Below are positions 38,219-47,732 of a DNA stretch of 64,000 nt, in pieces (positions within the stretch are counted from its first letter, which is position 1; every line of letters begins with the position of its first letter). The notes under the pieces were generated by a model. The model was not told where the DNA came from, did no database searches, and saw only the letters and a list, made by a program, of their open reading frames with translations. This DNA comes from an uncultured candidate division Zixibacteria bacterium (GTDB taxonomy: Bacteria > Zixibacteria > MSB-5A5 > RBG-16-43-9). The position numbers and the translations under genes were made by a program. The stretch is taken from NCBI GenBank assembly GCA_963713865.1, contig OY970208.1, positions 2,560,001 to 2,624,000 on the forward strand. The letters run 5' to 3'.

Positions 38219-40645
38219 TTGATCAATAAGTTTTTATTAAGCTGTATATTTATATTAATCTTACCTTCATTTTCCTTTTCCCAATTAGTCTATCAGGTAA
38301 ATTTCTCTGAGGAAGAGCTTAATTTTCAAAAAAAAGAGAGTTTCGATTACATTCAGCTAAAAAATGGTGAAAATCTGGAAATAGAAGGGAAACCCCAACT
38401 ACCTTTAAGGATATTTAACTTCTTAATCCCCGAATATAAAGATATTGATACTATAATTTGTGAGGCAGAGAGCCAACAACTTCAAGGTAAGTTTTTAATT
38501 TATCCTGCTCAAAAGAAAGAAAAAACTGACGGAGCTCTTTTAGAGGATACTTTTGTTTTAGATAGTATAATTTACTTTTCTGAAAAACCTTATCCGGAAG
38601 AACCAGTTGAGATTATAAATAAAGGTATTTTAGATGGAAATTATATCTTAACCCTGGCTATTTATCCTTTAAAATATCTCCCTGAATCTCAGAACCTTAT
38701 TTTCCACAAGAGCTTAAAGCTGAAGATTATTTTGAAAGACAGTATTTTACCCTGCAATAAACCTATCTCAGAAAAAAAGACAATCTATAATAAGAGTTTT
38801 CTTTCAGATATTCTGTTTAATTCTGAGGAGCTTATCTCATACCCATCTTTTCGTGAATACTCCAGTCAGATTTCAGAACAACCAATTTACCTATTAATTA
38901 CTTCAGAAGGACTGAAAAGCTCGTTTTACCCTCTTATTGAATGGAAGACTCAAAAGGGATTAAGAGCATCTTTGATTACTTTGGACAGCATAGAAAACTA
39001 CTATAGTGGTGTAGACACCCAGGAAAAAATAAGGAATTTTCTAATCCAGACTTATCCACAAGGTCTTTTGTGGGTTCTTTTGGGTGGAGATGGAGAAATT
39101 ATCCCCTTTAGATATGCCTATCATGCTAACAGCTCTTCCTCTATACCAGTAACCAGCTTACAGATCTGTGACCTTTATTATGCAGATTTAGATGGTGAAT
39201 GGGACAAAGATCAAGACGGGATTTACGGCGAGCCAGCTGATGATTCTCCTGACCTCTACCCTGAGCTTTTTGTGGGCAGAGCACCCGTAAAAACCAGAGA
39301 AGAAGCAGAAACTTTTGTCCAGAAAATTATTAATTACGAGAAAAACCCTGGCTCAGGCGATTTTTTATATCTCAAAAAAGCTATATGGATAAGCTCTGAC
39401 CAGATGAGGGATTGGGATTCAGTTGGCCAGCATACTTTAGTTTCACAGAAAGTTGACCAGAGCTTTAATCAGGACCTGTGGAGCTTGGTGGAAGCACCTT
39501 CAGGAGATGCTGAAAACCCTACTAATCCATCAGGGTCAAAATGTATAGAGACTTTGAATCAGGGCTGGGGAATAATCGGTGTATTTGCCCATGGAAAATC
39601 CAATGGCTTTATAGCCAGTTCCAATCTTATAAATCAGTGGCCTAAATCCTATGTTCTGTCAGATTCCGGAACAGAAGATGGTAATGGTCATCTGAATTAC
39701 TTGAATAATCCCAATAAATTAGGAATATTATATTCTATCTCCTGCAACCAGACCGCCTTAGATGTGGAAACTGAACCCTCTTTGGGTACTCCGCCCTGCA
39801 TCGGAAAAAGCTTTTTAGTAGGAAAAGACAAAGGAACAGTTGCCTTTTTAGGATATTCTCGCTGGGGGTGGGTCTCAACTTCATATAAGTTAGCAGATGA
39901 ATTTATGAAAAACCTTTTCAAACCTGAATATGAACATCACATTGGAATAGCAGAAGCTTTCTCAAAAACAGCCTATTCAATTTATAGGGACCTGAATTAC
40001 GGGCACAACCTCTTGGGTGACCCGGAAATGCAAATCTGGACTGATATACCTTGTTCGCTTGAAGTGAATTACCCTTCTGAAAAAATAATTGGCGATTCTA
40101 CCATTAATGTAGAAGTTGATGCCAATCAGATACCTCTATCTGATGCAAAAGTTACCCTCAGTTACAAAGACAGCCTTCTTTATACAGGTATGACCAATTC
40201 AGAAGGAAAACTAACCATCTCATTGGCTGGTTTAAGAGAAGGTGAAATTTATTTGACGGTAACCAAGCATAATTACTTACCTTTTGAATCGAAGCTGATG
40301 CTCAAAAGCTCATCCGATGTAAAAGATGACCAAGAGAGATTAAATCCAAACTACACCCTCGGACAGAATTACCCAAACCCTTTTAACCCTTCCACTACCA
40401 TACCCTTCACCGTTAGTGGTTCGCAGTTAATAGTTCATAGCCCCATCCACACTACCCTGATAATATTTAATATCTTGGGGCAGAAAGTAAAAACTCTGGT
40501 GGACGAAGAAAAAAATCCTGGAAATTATCAGGTTATCTGGGATGGAAAAGACAGAAATGGAAATGAAGTTTCTTCAGGGATATATTTTTATCAGTTTAAA
40601 ACTGGAGTTTATAAAGAAACAAAAAAGATGAGTCTGTTGAGATAG
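38219..40645 (+). CDS. Secreted C25 (gingipain-family) cysteine peptidase with propeptide and FlgD-Ig/T9SS-like C-terminal domain
   Basis: Signal peptide; GKPQLP propeptide; VLLGGD, DLYYADLDG, VGRAP, AHG, ISC, NLLGDP; QNYPNPFN...SGIYFY. Confidence 0.9.
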   Translation: MINKFLLSCIFILILPSFSFSQLVYQVNFSEEELNFQKKESFDYIQLKNGENLEIEGKPQLPLRIFNFLIPEYKDIDTIICEAESQQLQGKFLIYPAQKKEKTDGALLEDTFVLDSIIYFSEKPYPEEPVEIINKGILDGNYILTLAIYPLKYLPESQNLIFHKSLKLKIILKDSILPCNKPISEKKTIYNKSFLSDILFNSEELISYPSFREYSSQISEQPIYLLITSEGLKSSFYPLIEWKTQKGLRASLITLDSIENYYSGVDTQEKIRNFLIQTYPQGLLWVLLGGDGEIIPFRYAYHANSSSSIPVTSLQICDLYYADLDGEWDKDQDGIYGEPADDSPDLYPELFVGRAPVKTREEAETFVQKIINYEKNPGSGDFLYLKKAIWISSDQMRDWDSVGQHTLVSQKVDQSFNQDLWSLVEAPSGDAENPTNPSGSKCIETLNQGWGIIGVFAHGKSNGFIASSNLINQWPKSYVLSDSGTEDGNGHLNYLNNPNKLGILYSISCNQTALDVETEPSLGTPPCIGKSFLVGKDKGTVAFLGYSRWGWVSTSYKLADEFMKNLFKPEYEHHIGIAEAFSKTAYSIYRDLNYGHNLLGDPEMQIWTDIPCSLEVNYPSEKIIGDSTINVEVDANQIPLSDAKVTLSYKDSLLYTGMTNSEGKLTISLAGLREGEIYLTVTKHNYLPFESKLMLKSSSDVKDDQERLNPNYTLGQNYPNPFNPSTTIPFTVSGSQLIVHSPIHTTLIIFNILGQKVKTLVDEEKNPGNYQVIWDGKDRNGNEVSSGIYFYQFKTGVYKETKKMSLLR

Positions 40646-40654
40646 AGCAGACCA

Positions 40655-40855
40655 GGTAGCCGCAAGCTTTAGCTTGCGTTCAGTATTTAAAAAAACGCAG
40701 ACTAAAATCTGCGGCTACCAAAAATTGATCCTGCATTCAGATGGTCTCTGGAGAAACACGTAACCGAGCCTTTAAGGTTCGGTTACAGAGGTCTAATCCC
40801 GCCAAAGGCGGGACTTCTACGCGAACAAACTCCAAACATCAAACTCCAAACTGTA
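40655..40855. repeat. REP doublet, composite element and heptamer tract between the C25 gene and tRNA-Leu
   Basis: gtagccgcaagctttagcttgcg...cgcagactaaaatctgcggctac; caaactc-type repeats. Confidence 0.75.
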
Positions 40856-40861
40856 TATAAA

Positions 40862-40947
40862 TGCCGGAGGTCGGAATTGAACCGACACGAGGTTTAAGCC
40901 TCACCGGATTTTGAGTCCGGCGCGTCTGCCAGTTTCACCACTCCGGC
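40862..40947 (-). tRNA. tRNA-Leu(CAA)
   Basis: GCCGGAG acceptor; ccgga-CT CAA AA-tccgg; long variable arm; CCA not encoded. Confidence 0.95.
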
Positions 40948-41214
40948 GGGTAAGGCAGTGATTAGCGAAGAGTGATTAGTGACTAATCTACACCACCCAG
41001 CCATCCAATCACAAAACGTAACCAAAAACAATATTATATAGAAGAATTACTTTTCCTTGTCAAGCTTTCTTTTCGTGTAGCATTGCATTTTAAAATGACA
41101 TAAGATTTTTCTTGACAAGTCCTGATAACTGACTATTTTTGTCATTGTTTAGATTTTCGACCTTTGAACTTTTGTCCGCCTTAGGCGGATTAAACCTTTG
41201 AGCCTTGAATTTCC

Positions 41215-41287
41215 GGGGCCGTAGTTCAGTTGGGAGAACGTTTGACTGGCAGTCAAAAGGTCACGGGTTCGACTCCCGTCGGCTCCA
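41215..41287 (+). tRNA. tRNA-Ala(GGC)
   Basis: GGGGCCG acceptor with G3:U70; tttga-CT GGC AG-tcaaa; CCA not encoded. Confidence 0.95.
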
Positions 41288-41421
41288 TTTTTAAAGAATT
41301 GTTGACAAAATACTTTTAAATTAAAGGATTTTCAGTTTCACCCGATAACTCTTAAAGAACATCGGAGGACATTACCAAGAGCAAATTTAACGATGCTTAT
41401 ATAAGGAATATATTAAATTTT

Positions 41422-41495
41422 ATGGGGATAGCCGTTGAAGTAGCGTTTTCCCTAGCCCCCCTACGCTATTTCGACCTAAGCTGTCCCCATTTTTT
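41422..41495 (+). ncRNA. Long hairpin with C-rich loop and U tail (terminator or 3' part of an sRNA)
   Basis: 11-bp and 13-bp stems whose only non-Watson-Crick pairs are G.U on the + strand; loop tttccctagcccccct. Confidence 0.5.
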
Positions 41496-41510
41496 ATTTT
41501 ATCCAAAAAA

Positions 41511-41538
41511 GTAGAGACGCATTGCTATGCGTCTCTAC
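41511..41538. repeat. GTAGAGACGCAT-N4-ATGCGTCTCTAC palindrome (also at about 49796-49823 and 59988-60015)
   Basis: Three near-identical copies read directly. Confidence 0.85.
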
Positions 41539-41610
41539 GTCTTCATACTGCTTGAAAAAGCGTCGGGTACAAAACCCGACATTACCTTTATCTATGATTT
41601 CACTTAAAAA

Positions 41611-42855
41611 CTAACCCCTGATCATAGAAACCAGCAAGGCTATGCTCAACCCGACTAAAATAATCACCGTCCCCCAGGAGATGAAATTATAAACTCCCTT
41701 ATTAACATACTCCCCCATCAGCTTTTTATTATTAATCAGGACCAGCATGAAAATAAGGATCGCCGGAAGCACAATCCCGTTTATCACCTGAGAGATATAC
41801 ATCACGGGAATAAGCGGAATTCCCGGCAGAAGAACGACAGCCGCACCCAGGAAGATCAAAAGAGAGTATAGTCCATAAAACTGGGGAGCTTCAGAGAATT
41901 TCTTGTTTACTCCATCCTCCCATCCCATTCCTTCACATACTACAAAAGCAGTTGATAAAGGCAGGATCGAAGCGGCAAACAAAGATGCATTCAAAAGACC
42001 AAAGGCAAAAAGGTAAGAGCAGTATTTCCCCGCCAAAGGTTTTAAGGCTAAAGCCGCATCTTTGGCTGTTTCCACCCTGACCCCGGCTTTGAAAAGCGTA
42101 GCCCCGCAGGTCAGGATAATAAACCCGGCAACTATAGTAACGATTAAACTGCCGAGGATGACATCTAAACTGGAATATTTATAATCTTTAACTTTGATAT
42201 CTTTCTCCACCACTGCGGCTTGAAGATAAAACTGCATCCAGGGAGCAATAGTTGTCCCCACCAATCCGATGAGCATCCCTAAACTCCCTGCAGAAAACTC
42301 AAACTCAGGAGCCATCATACTGTTTTTAACTAAACCCCAGTCAGGCTTGGCTAAAAAACCAGAGATGATATAGGTAATATAGAACAAACAGGCAAATAAG
42401 AAAATCTTTTCCACTGACCTGTAAGTCCCCTTCACCACTAAGAGCCAGACTAAAAATGCACCAATTGGAACTGAAACATATTTGGGAATATAAAAGATCT
42501 CTAAACTTGACGCTACCCCAGCAAATTCGGCAATCACATTTCCGAAGTTGGTTAGCACCAGAGCTAAAAGCAGATAAAAGGTAATCCTTACCCCGAATCG
42601 CTCCCGAATAAGATCAGATAGCCCTTTTCCAGTAACTACCCCCATCCGGGCACTCATTTCCTGGATTACTACTAAGGCTACCATAATCGGAATTAAAGAC
42701 CAGAGCAACCCATAGCCGAAATGTGCACCTGCCATTGAATAGGTAGCAATTCCGCCTGCATCGTTATCCACGTTGGAGGTGATAATTCCGGGACCTACCA
42801 CTGCTAAGAAGATCAGAAGGGTTTTCCAGCGAGATTTAAAAAATCTTCTTCTCAT
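41611..42855 (-). CDS. NRAMP-related divalent cation transporter (NrmT/Mg-type)
   Basis: GPGII..NVDNDAGGI in place of DPGN; QEMSARMG; GTTIAPW; adjacent to the MgtE-N/CBS gene. Confidence 0.88.
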   Translation of the reverse strand: MRRRFFKSRWKTLLIFLAVVGPGIITSNVDNDAGGIATYSMAGAHFGYGLLWSLIPIMVALVVIQEMSARMGVVTGKGLSDLIRERFGVRITFYLLLALVLTNFGNVIAEFAGVASSLEIFYIPKYVSVPIGAFLVWLLVVKGTYRSVEKIFLFACLFYITYIISGFLAKPDWGLVKNSMMAPEFEFSAGSLGMLIGLVGTTIAPWMQFYLQAAVVEKDIKVKDYKYSSLDVILGSLIVTIVAGFIILTCGATLFKAGVRVETAKDAALALKPLAGKYCSYLFAFGLLNASLFAASILPLSTAFVVCEGMGWEDGVNKKFSEAPQFYGLYSLLIFLGAAVVLLPGIPLIPVMYISQVINGIVLPAILIFMLVLINNKKLMGEYVNKGVYNFISWGTVIILVGLSIALLVSMIRG

Positions 42856-42945
42856 ATTAAAAAATTTAATCTGGAATGTAAAGCTTTACTTTTGAATAAG
42901 AATTAACGATAAGGTAAACCTGAAGGTTTACACTCCAGAAGAACT

Positions 42946-44211
42946 TTAAAACTCTTTATATTTCGATTCCACCGCATCACGGAGAGTAATAACACCGCTC
43001 AGGTGATCATCTTTATCCACAACTGGAATTGCCATAAATTTATACTTTTTAAAAATCTCCGCTACTTTTTCCACATCCTCTTCCGGTTTGACTTTAACCA
43101 GATGAGTATTCATCAACTTTGATAAAGGTGCCTCATTCACACATAAAAGCAGGTGTCTTAAAGTCAAAACCCCAACTAAATGCCTCTCTTTATCAGTTAT
43201 ATATAAATAAGCAATGGTTTCTAAAGGATGAGTGGTTTTCCTGAACTCATCAATAGCATCTCCAATACTTTTATCCATCTGAATGGAGATAAAATCTTTG
43301 GTCATAATACTGCCTGCCGTTCCTTCTTTAAACTTCAATAACTCCTCTAAATTCTCCCGGTGAGGTTTCTCCATCGTCTGGATCAGCTTCATTTTCTTAT
43401 CTTCTGGCATGTCAGCCAGAAGGTCTGCTGCTTCATCCGGTGCCATTTCTTCTAAGATGTCCGAGGCATGCTCCTCCGTAGCGGATTCAATCAATGAAAC
43501 CTGAAGCTTGGGGTCAACCTCCTCTAAGGTCTCTGCGGCTGTTTGTAAATCCAGAGATTTGAAAACTGTAGCTCTTTTTTCCTGGTCTAACTCCTCGATT
43601 ATATCTGCCAGGTCTGAAGGATGAAGTTCGTGCAATTTTCGCAAGGTGACATTAAGCTTAAGATCTTTCTTTTTGGGGTCACTGGCTAAAGGCTGAACAT
43701 ATTTCCAGGAGATCATCTTCTCCGGAAACCGGTAAGCAAAAAACCAGTTAGTGAGAAAATCTACGATTTTAATCCAGCCCAGGCGTCTGAAGATCCCCCT
43801 CATACCGAAATCAACATGAACAATCCGTAACTCCCCATCCGTTATCAGAAGATGGATATCATTCACCCTCTCGATCTTAGCACCATAAGTATCCACCACC
43901 TGTTTATCTAAAAGCTCCTCTTTAAGGAGTATATCTCCCTCGCTTAGCTCTAAAGGTTTGAATTTCTTCTCTGCATCCGGTTTCAAACTAACAAGGTTCC
44001 CATTTAAACTCTGAATCTCAGACCAGTCTAAGGCTAAAGAGCTTTTATCTCCTCTCGGTTTAATCCTTAAGGTAACCACATTAGGAAAAAGCTCTCCCAA
44101 TTTAACTTTCAGATCTACCAGTTTACCCAAAGATTTCCCCTTAGAGTCAATTACCGAGCGACCTAAAAGCTCAGAGAAAAACAAAAACATTTTCAAGCCG
44201 GATTCCTGCAT
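42946..44211 (-). CDS. Soluble PRC-barrel + MgtE intracellular N-domain + CBS-pair protein (no TM domain; start may be 44190)
   Basis: LLDKQVVD, LHPSDLADIIEEL, MAPDEAADLL, TAGSIMT, two CBS repeats. Confidence 0.88.
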   Translation of the reverse strand: MQESGLKMFLFFSELLGRSVIDSKGKSLGKLVDLKVKLGELFPNVVTLRIKPRGDKSSLALDWSEIQSLNGNLVSLKPDAEKKFKPLELSEGDILLKEELLDKQVVDTYGAKIERVNDIHLLITDGELRIVHVDFGMRGIFRRLGWIKIVDFLTNWFFAYRFPEKMISWKYVQPLASDPKKKDLKLNVTLRKLHELHPSDLADIIEELDQEKRATVFKSLDLQTAAETLEEVDPKLQVSLIESATEEHASDILEEMAPDEAADLLADMPEDKKMKLIQTMEKPHRENLEELLKFKEGTAGSIMTKDFISIQMDKSIGDAIDEFRKTTHPLETIAYLYITDKERHLVGVLTLRHLLLCVNEAPLSKLMNTHLVKVKPEEDVEKVAEIFKKYKFMAIPVVDKDDHLSGVITLRDAVESKYKEF

Positions 44212-44227
44212 ATTTATTTTATCAAAA

Positions 44228-44383
44228 TTAATAGACCAGTTTTTTTATCCCCCAGATAACTAAAATCAAGGGCCAGAATCTCCAGATGTCACCGCTAATA
44301 TATCCTAAATTATATAAAAAGAATAACAAGCCGATTAAAATCAAAACAAACCCGGTAAAAACTGGCTTTTTATTTTCACTCAT
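44228..44383 (-). CDS. 51-aa two-TM protein (DUF5668/LiaF-TM-like), absent from the ORF track
   Basis: MSENKKPVFTGFVLILIGLLFFLYNLGYISGDIWRFWPLILVIWGIKKLVY; AAGGAGGT RBS. Confidence 0.8.
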   Translation of the reverse strand: MSENKKPVFTGFVLILIGLLFFLYNLGYISGDIWRFWPLILVIWGIKKLVY

Positions 44384-44596
44384 CTAAGACCTCCTTTAGA
44401 TATATCGACAAAATTTTTGCCAAGATATTAACTCTTAACTGACTTGTCAAACGAAAATTGAAAATAGTGATGGACTGGAATATAAACCTTTAGGTTTATC
44501 TCTTAAATTGTTTTTGTAGGTAAAACTAAAGTTTTACACTCCAGGATGATTAAGTTTAGAAGTTCAAACCTCTTTAACCAAGTCGTTTATCTTTAG

Positions 44597-44676
44597 CGGA
44601 GTGCAAGAGCTTGCCTTTGCTTTTCTAAAGTTGTGGAATCAGCCTCAAGGTCAACATTGACAATCTGATGCACTCC
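44597..44676. repeat. GGAGTGCA composite repeat, copy 3
   Basis: cggagtgcaagagcttg...atcagcctcaaggtcaa...tgatgcactcc. Confidence 0.75.
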
Positions 44677-44686
44677 CTCTTGTTCT

Positions 44687-45202
44687 CTAAACTTCTTTTA
44701 CCAGGTCGTTTATCTTTCTCCGGGGAGTGATTTCCGGCTCTTCGTTGGGATAACCTACAGGTAAAATTATAATAGGATTGAGCGTATCAGGCAGATTCAG
44801 GATTTTACTGACTGCATCTTCATCAAAGGCACCTACGATAACGCTTCCCAATTCTAAATCCACCGCAGCTAAATGAACACAGGTGGCTGAGATCGTAGCA
44901 TCCTGAATAGAATAAAGCTCTGCGCCTCTTTTCCCATATTTACGGGAAGAGCGCAAAGGGTCAGCACAGAAAATCAGTGACACCGGTGCTTGGGTTATGA
45001 AATCCTGCCCGTAAGCTGCATTAGACAGAGCTATCTTATGCGTAGGTTTTTTGACTAAAAATATTTGATAAGCCTGTAAATTACCGGCTGAAGGAGCAGA
45101 GTTAGCCACACAAAGCAATTTCTCCAATTTCTCTTTTTCGATCTCCTTGTCTTTAAAAGCCCTGACCGAATGCCTGTTTTTCACCACTTCGAAAAATTCC
45201 AT
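44687..45202 (-). CDS. Nitroreductase-family protein
   Basis: RHSVRAF, APSAGNLQ, LGSVIVG, VGYP. Confidence 0.92.
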   Translation of the reverse strand: MEFFEVVKNRHSVRAFKDKEIEKEKLEKLLCVANSAPSAGNLQAYQIFLVKKPTHKIALSNAAYGQDFITQAPVSLIFCADPLRSSRKYGKRGAELYSIQDATISATCVHLAAVDLELGSVIVGAFDEDAVSKILNLPDTLNPIIILPVGYPNEEPEITPRRKINDLVKEV

Positions 45203-45400
45203 TTTACACCTCCTGTCTATGGTCTACTATCTTTTTGTCAACTAATTTACAAAAAAGAAGTCGATCTGCAAAATATTTTTCTAATGAATTGTAATTTTTT
45301 CTCTATCTGTCGATAAAATATTAACCAGGGGGAAAATCCTTGACAATCGTATTAGCAAAATATAAATTCCACTTGAATTTAAACCATCAAGGAGGAGAAA

Positions 45401-46857
45401 ATGTTTCTCTTGAAAAGTCTGAAGTTCTTAGTTGTAATTTTCTTTTTTTCATTTTTATTAATCAATGCTAATTTGTTATTAGCCCAGACTGAAAACTTGA
45501 CTGAGGAATCCCTTTTTCAAGGAGTAAGAGAAGAATTATTTAAAGCCAAAAACCAGCAGGTGGATATTCTCTCCCCTAAGAATTATAAAAATGCTTCAGA
45601 TGAATATGGCTTGGCTTATGAGAAGTTCAAAAAAGGTGGAGAGCTTAAAGAGATTCAGAAAAGGTTAGAGAAAGTTAAAGGTTACTTAGCCGAAGCTTAT
45701 AAAACTGCAGAGGTAGCTCGTGTCCCTTTTGCCTCTTTGCTCCAGGCACGAGAAAAAGCTTTGAAAGCCAATGCTCCGGAATTCGCACCTGACCTGTATG
45801 AATTAGCCAAAAAAGCTTTAGAGGAAGCTTCTTTGCGAATAGAAGCAGGAGACTTAAATGGTCCCGAGAAAAGGCTAAATCAGCAGAAGTGAAGTTCAAC
45901 CAGGCAGAGCTGAAAGCAATCAAAGGAAGTATCCTGGGCGAAGCTAAAAAATCGATAGAGGAAGCCAGGCTCAAAGCCAAGGCGGATAAATATGCCCCCT
46001 TAACCCTGAAAAATTCCGAGGATCTCTTAGCTTCTACTGAACGGCTTTTGAATACGGAAAGGTATGCGGCAGAGGATGCTACCGTAAAAGCAGAACAGTC
46101 TGCCTATCAGGCTCGGCATGCCATTTACCTTTCCTCAAAACTCCAGAACCTGAAAATAGACTATACCTCTCTTGAAAAATTAGTCCTGGAGCAGGAAAAC
46201 CTTATTACACAAATAGCCAAGAATCTTGATTATAACCCTGAGTTTGACCAGGGCTCAGAAAAGCCGGTTGAATCCATAATTATGGCGATGGATAATCTCA
46301 AACGGGAAAAAAAAGAACTGCTTTCTGAGCTGAATGAAAAAGAGGAGAAAATTAAAAAGCTCTCTGAGCAATTGGATATTCTGGAGGAGAAGGTTGCCCA
46401 GAAAGAAGCTGGCTATAAAGAATTAGAATTGAAAAGTATGAAGGAAGAACAGTTCCTCTCCTTAGAAAAGTTTTTCACCAAAGAAGAAGCCAGCGTGATA
46501 AAAGAAGGAGAGAATATCGTCATACGACTTTATGGTATAAATTTCCCCAGTGGAAAATCAACTATTCTGCCAGAAAGCTTCGGGCTTCTATCTAAAATTC
46601 AAAAAGCGATCCGCGATTTCCCGGAGAGAAAAATTGTGATCGAAGGACATACCGATTCTATGGGGGATGAAACTTATAACCAGGAGCTGTCATTATCCCG
46701 GGCAAAAGCCGTAACCGCCTATCTTATAGCTAATATGGGATTAACCGAAGACAGGATCTCCTATACCGGATATGGAGAATCAAAACCAGTCGCCTCCAAC
46801 GACACCAATGAAGGAAGGAGCCTCAACCGCAGAATCGATGTGGTGCTGGTAAAGTAA
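45401..46857 (+). CDS. Exported helical-repeat (DUF4398-like) + OmpA/MotB peptidoglycan-binding protein; one base missing near 45862-45866
   Basis: Signal peptide; A..(F/Y)AP repeats; IEGHTDS, NQELSLSRA, NRRID. Adding one base gives NG-x-REKAKSAEVKFNQAEL. Confidence 0.85.
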
Positions 46858-46867
46858 ATCAGGAAAG

Positions 46868-47156
46868 GTAGGGTAAGACCGTCAAGGTCTTGAGACTTTA
46901 GCCTTGCGTTTTCAATACAGTTAACTCTTCCTGGGCAGGAGTACAACTCCTGCCCAAGCTCTTTCCGACAGTATCGGTGTATCTTGAGAAAAGCTCCTAA
47001 CACAACGATTAAGAGGTAAAGCTAAAGCTTTTCTGTGCTTGCCAGGTCCCCCCTTGACCTGGCAAGTTAAATCTTAGAAACTTATCCCGTCAGGTTAGGG
47101 AACCTGACGGCCACAAATTTTTAAGGTAGGAGCAATTCATGAATTGCTCCTACCTT
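46868..47156. repeat. Dense cluster of several unrelated palindromes upstream of ssb
   Basis: gggcaggagtacaactcctgccc; cttgccaggtc..gacctggcaag; ccgtcaggtt..aacctgacgg; gtaggagcaattcatgaattgctcctac. Confidence 0.8.
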
Positions 47157-47250
47157 TACTCAAAAAATATTTTGTTCCCACTAAAAAGGGTTGACAATCG
47201 TCAAAATAAATACTATTATATAAAAAACAATAATTAAACCTGGAGTGAAA

Positions 47251-47657
47251 ATGCCAAGTTTAAACAAGATATTTTTAATCGGAAATTTAGGGCGGGATCC
47301 AGAAAAAAGGTATACTCCGAACGGCCAGGCGGTAACCTCAGTCACCTTAGCCACTACCTTCCGCTGGAAAGATAAATCTGACCAGTTTCAGGAGAAAACC
47401 GACTGGCATAATTTAGTGATCTGGGGGAAGCAGGCTGAAACTGCTAAGGATATCCTAAAAAAAGGAGATCAGGTCTTTGTGGAAGGAAGATCCAGAATCG
47501 TTCCTATGATGACCGTAATGGAAACAAAAAATATATTACTGAAATCATAGCCAAACGGATTTTTAAATTGGGCCGTAAAGAAGTTGAGCCTTCTGTAGAA
47601 CCGGTGGAGACAGAAGCAGAAGTCAGTGAAGCGCAAGATGAGGATCTGCCCTTCTAA
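47251..47657 (+). CDS. ssb: Single-stranded DNA-binding protein; one base missing at about 47488-47491
   Basis: LNKIFLIGNLGRDPE, TDWH; the shifted frame continues IQNRSYDDRNGNKKYITEI...EDLPF* with the canonical acidic tip. Confidence 0.95.
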
Positions 47658-47732
47658 GCTCCATAAATTAGCTACGAACCTTTACCCCTCAGGTAAAACA
47701 GACCTCCTGGTTCTGGTTTAAATTCTAAGATT

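Noticed and set aside
44384..44560. M-box or other riboswitch ahead of the Mg transporter genes
   Set aside because: The region holds a promoter-like sequence and REP hairpins; I could not recognise a riboswitch consensus. An Rfam scan would settle it.
44564..44717. DGR template/variable repeat pair
   Set aside because: Only 31 bp, the differences are not adenine-specific and no reverse transcriptase is present.
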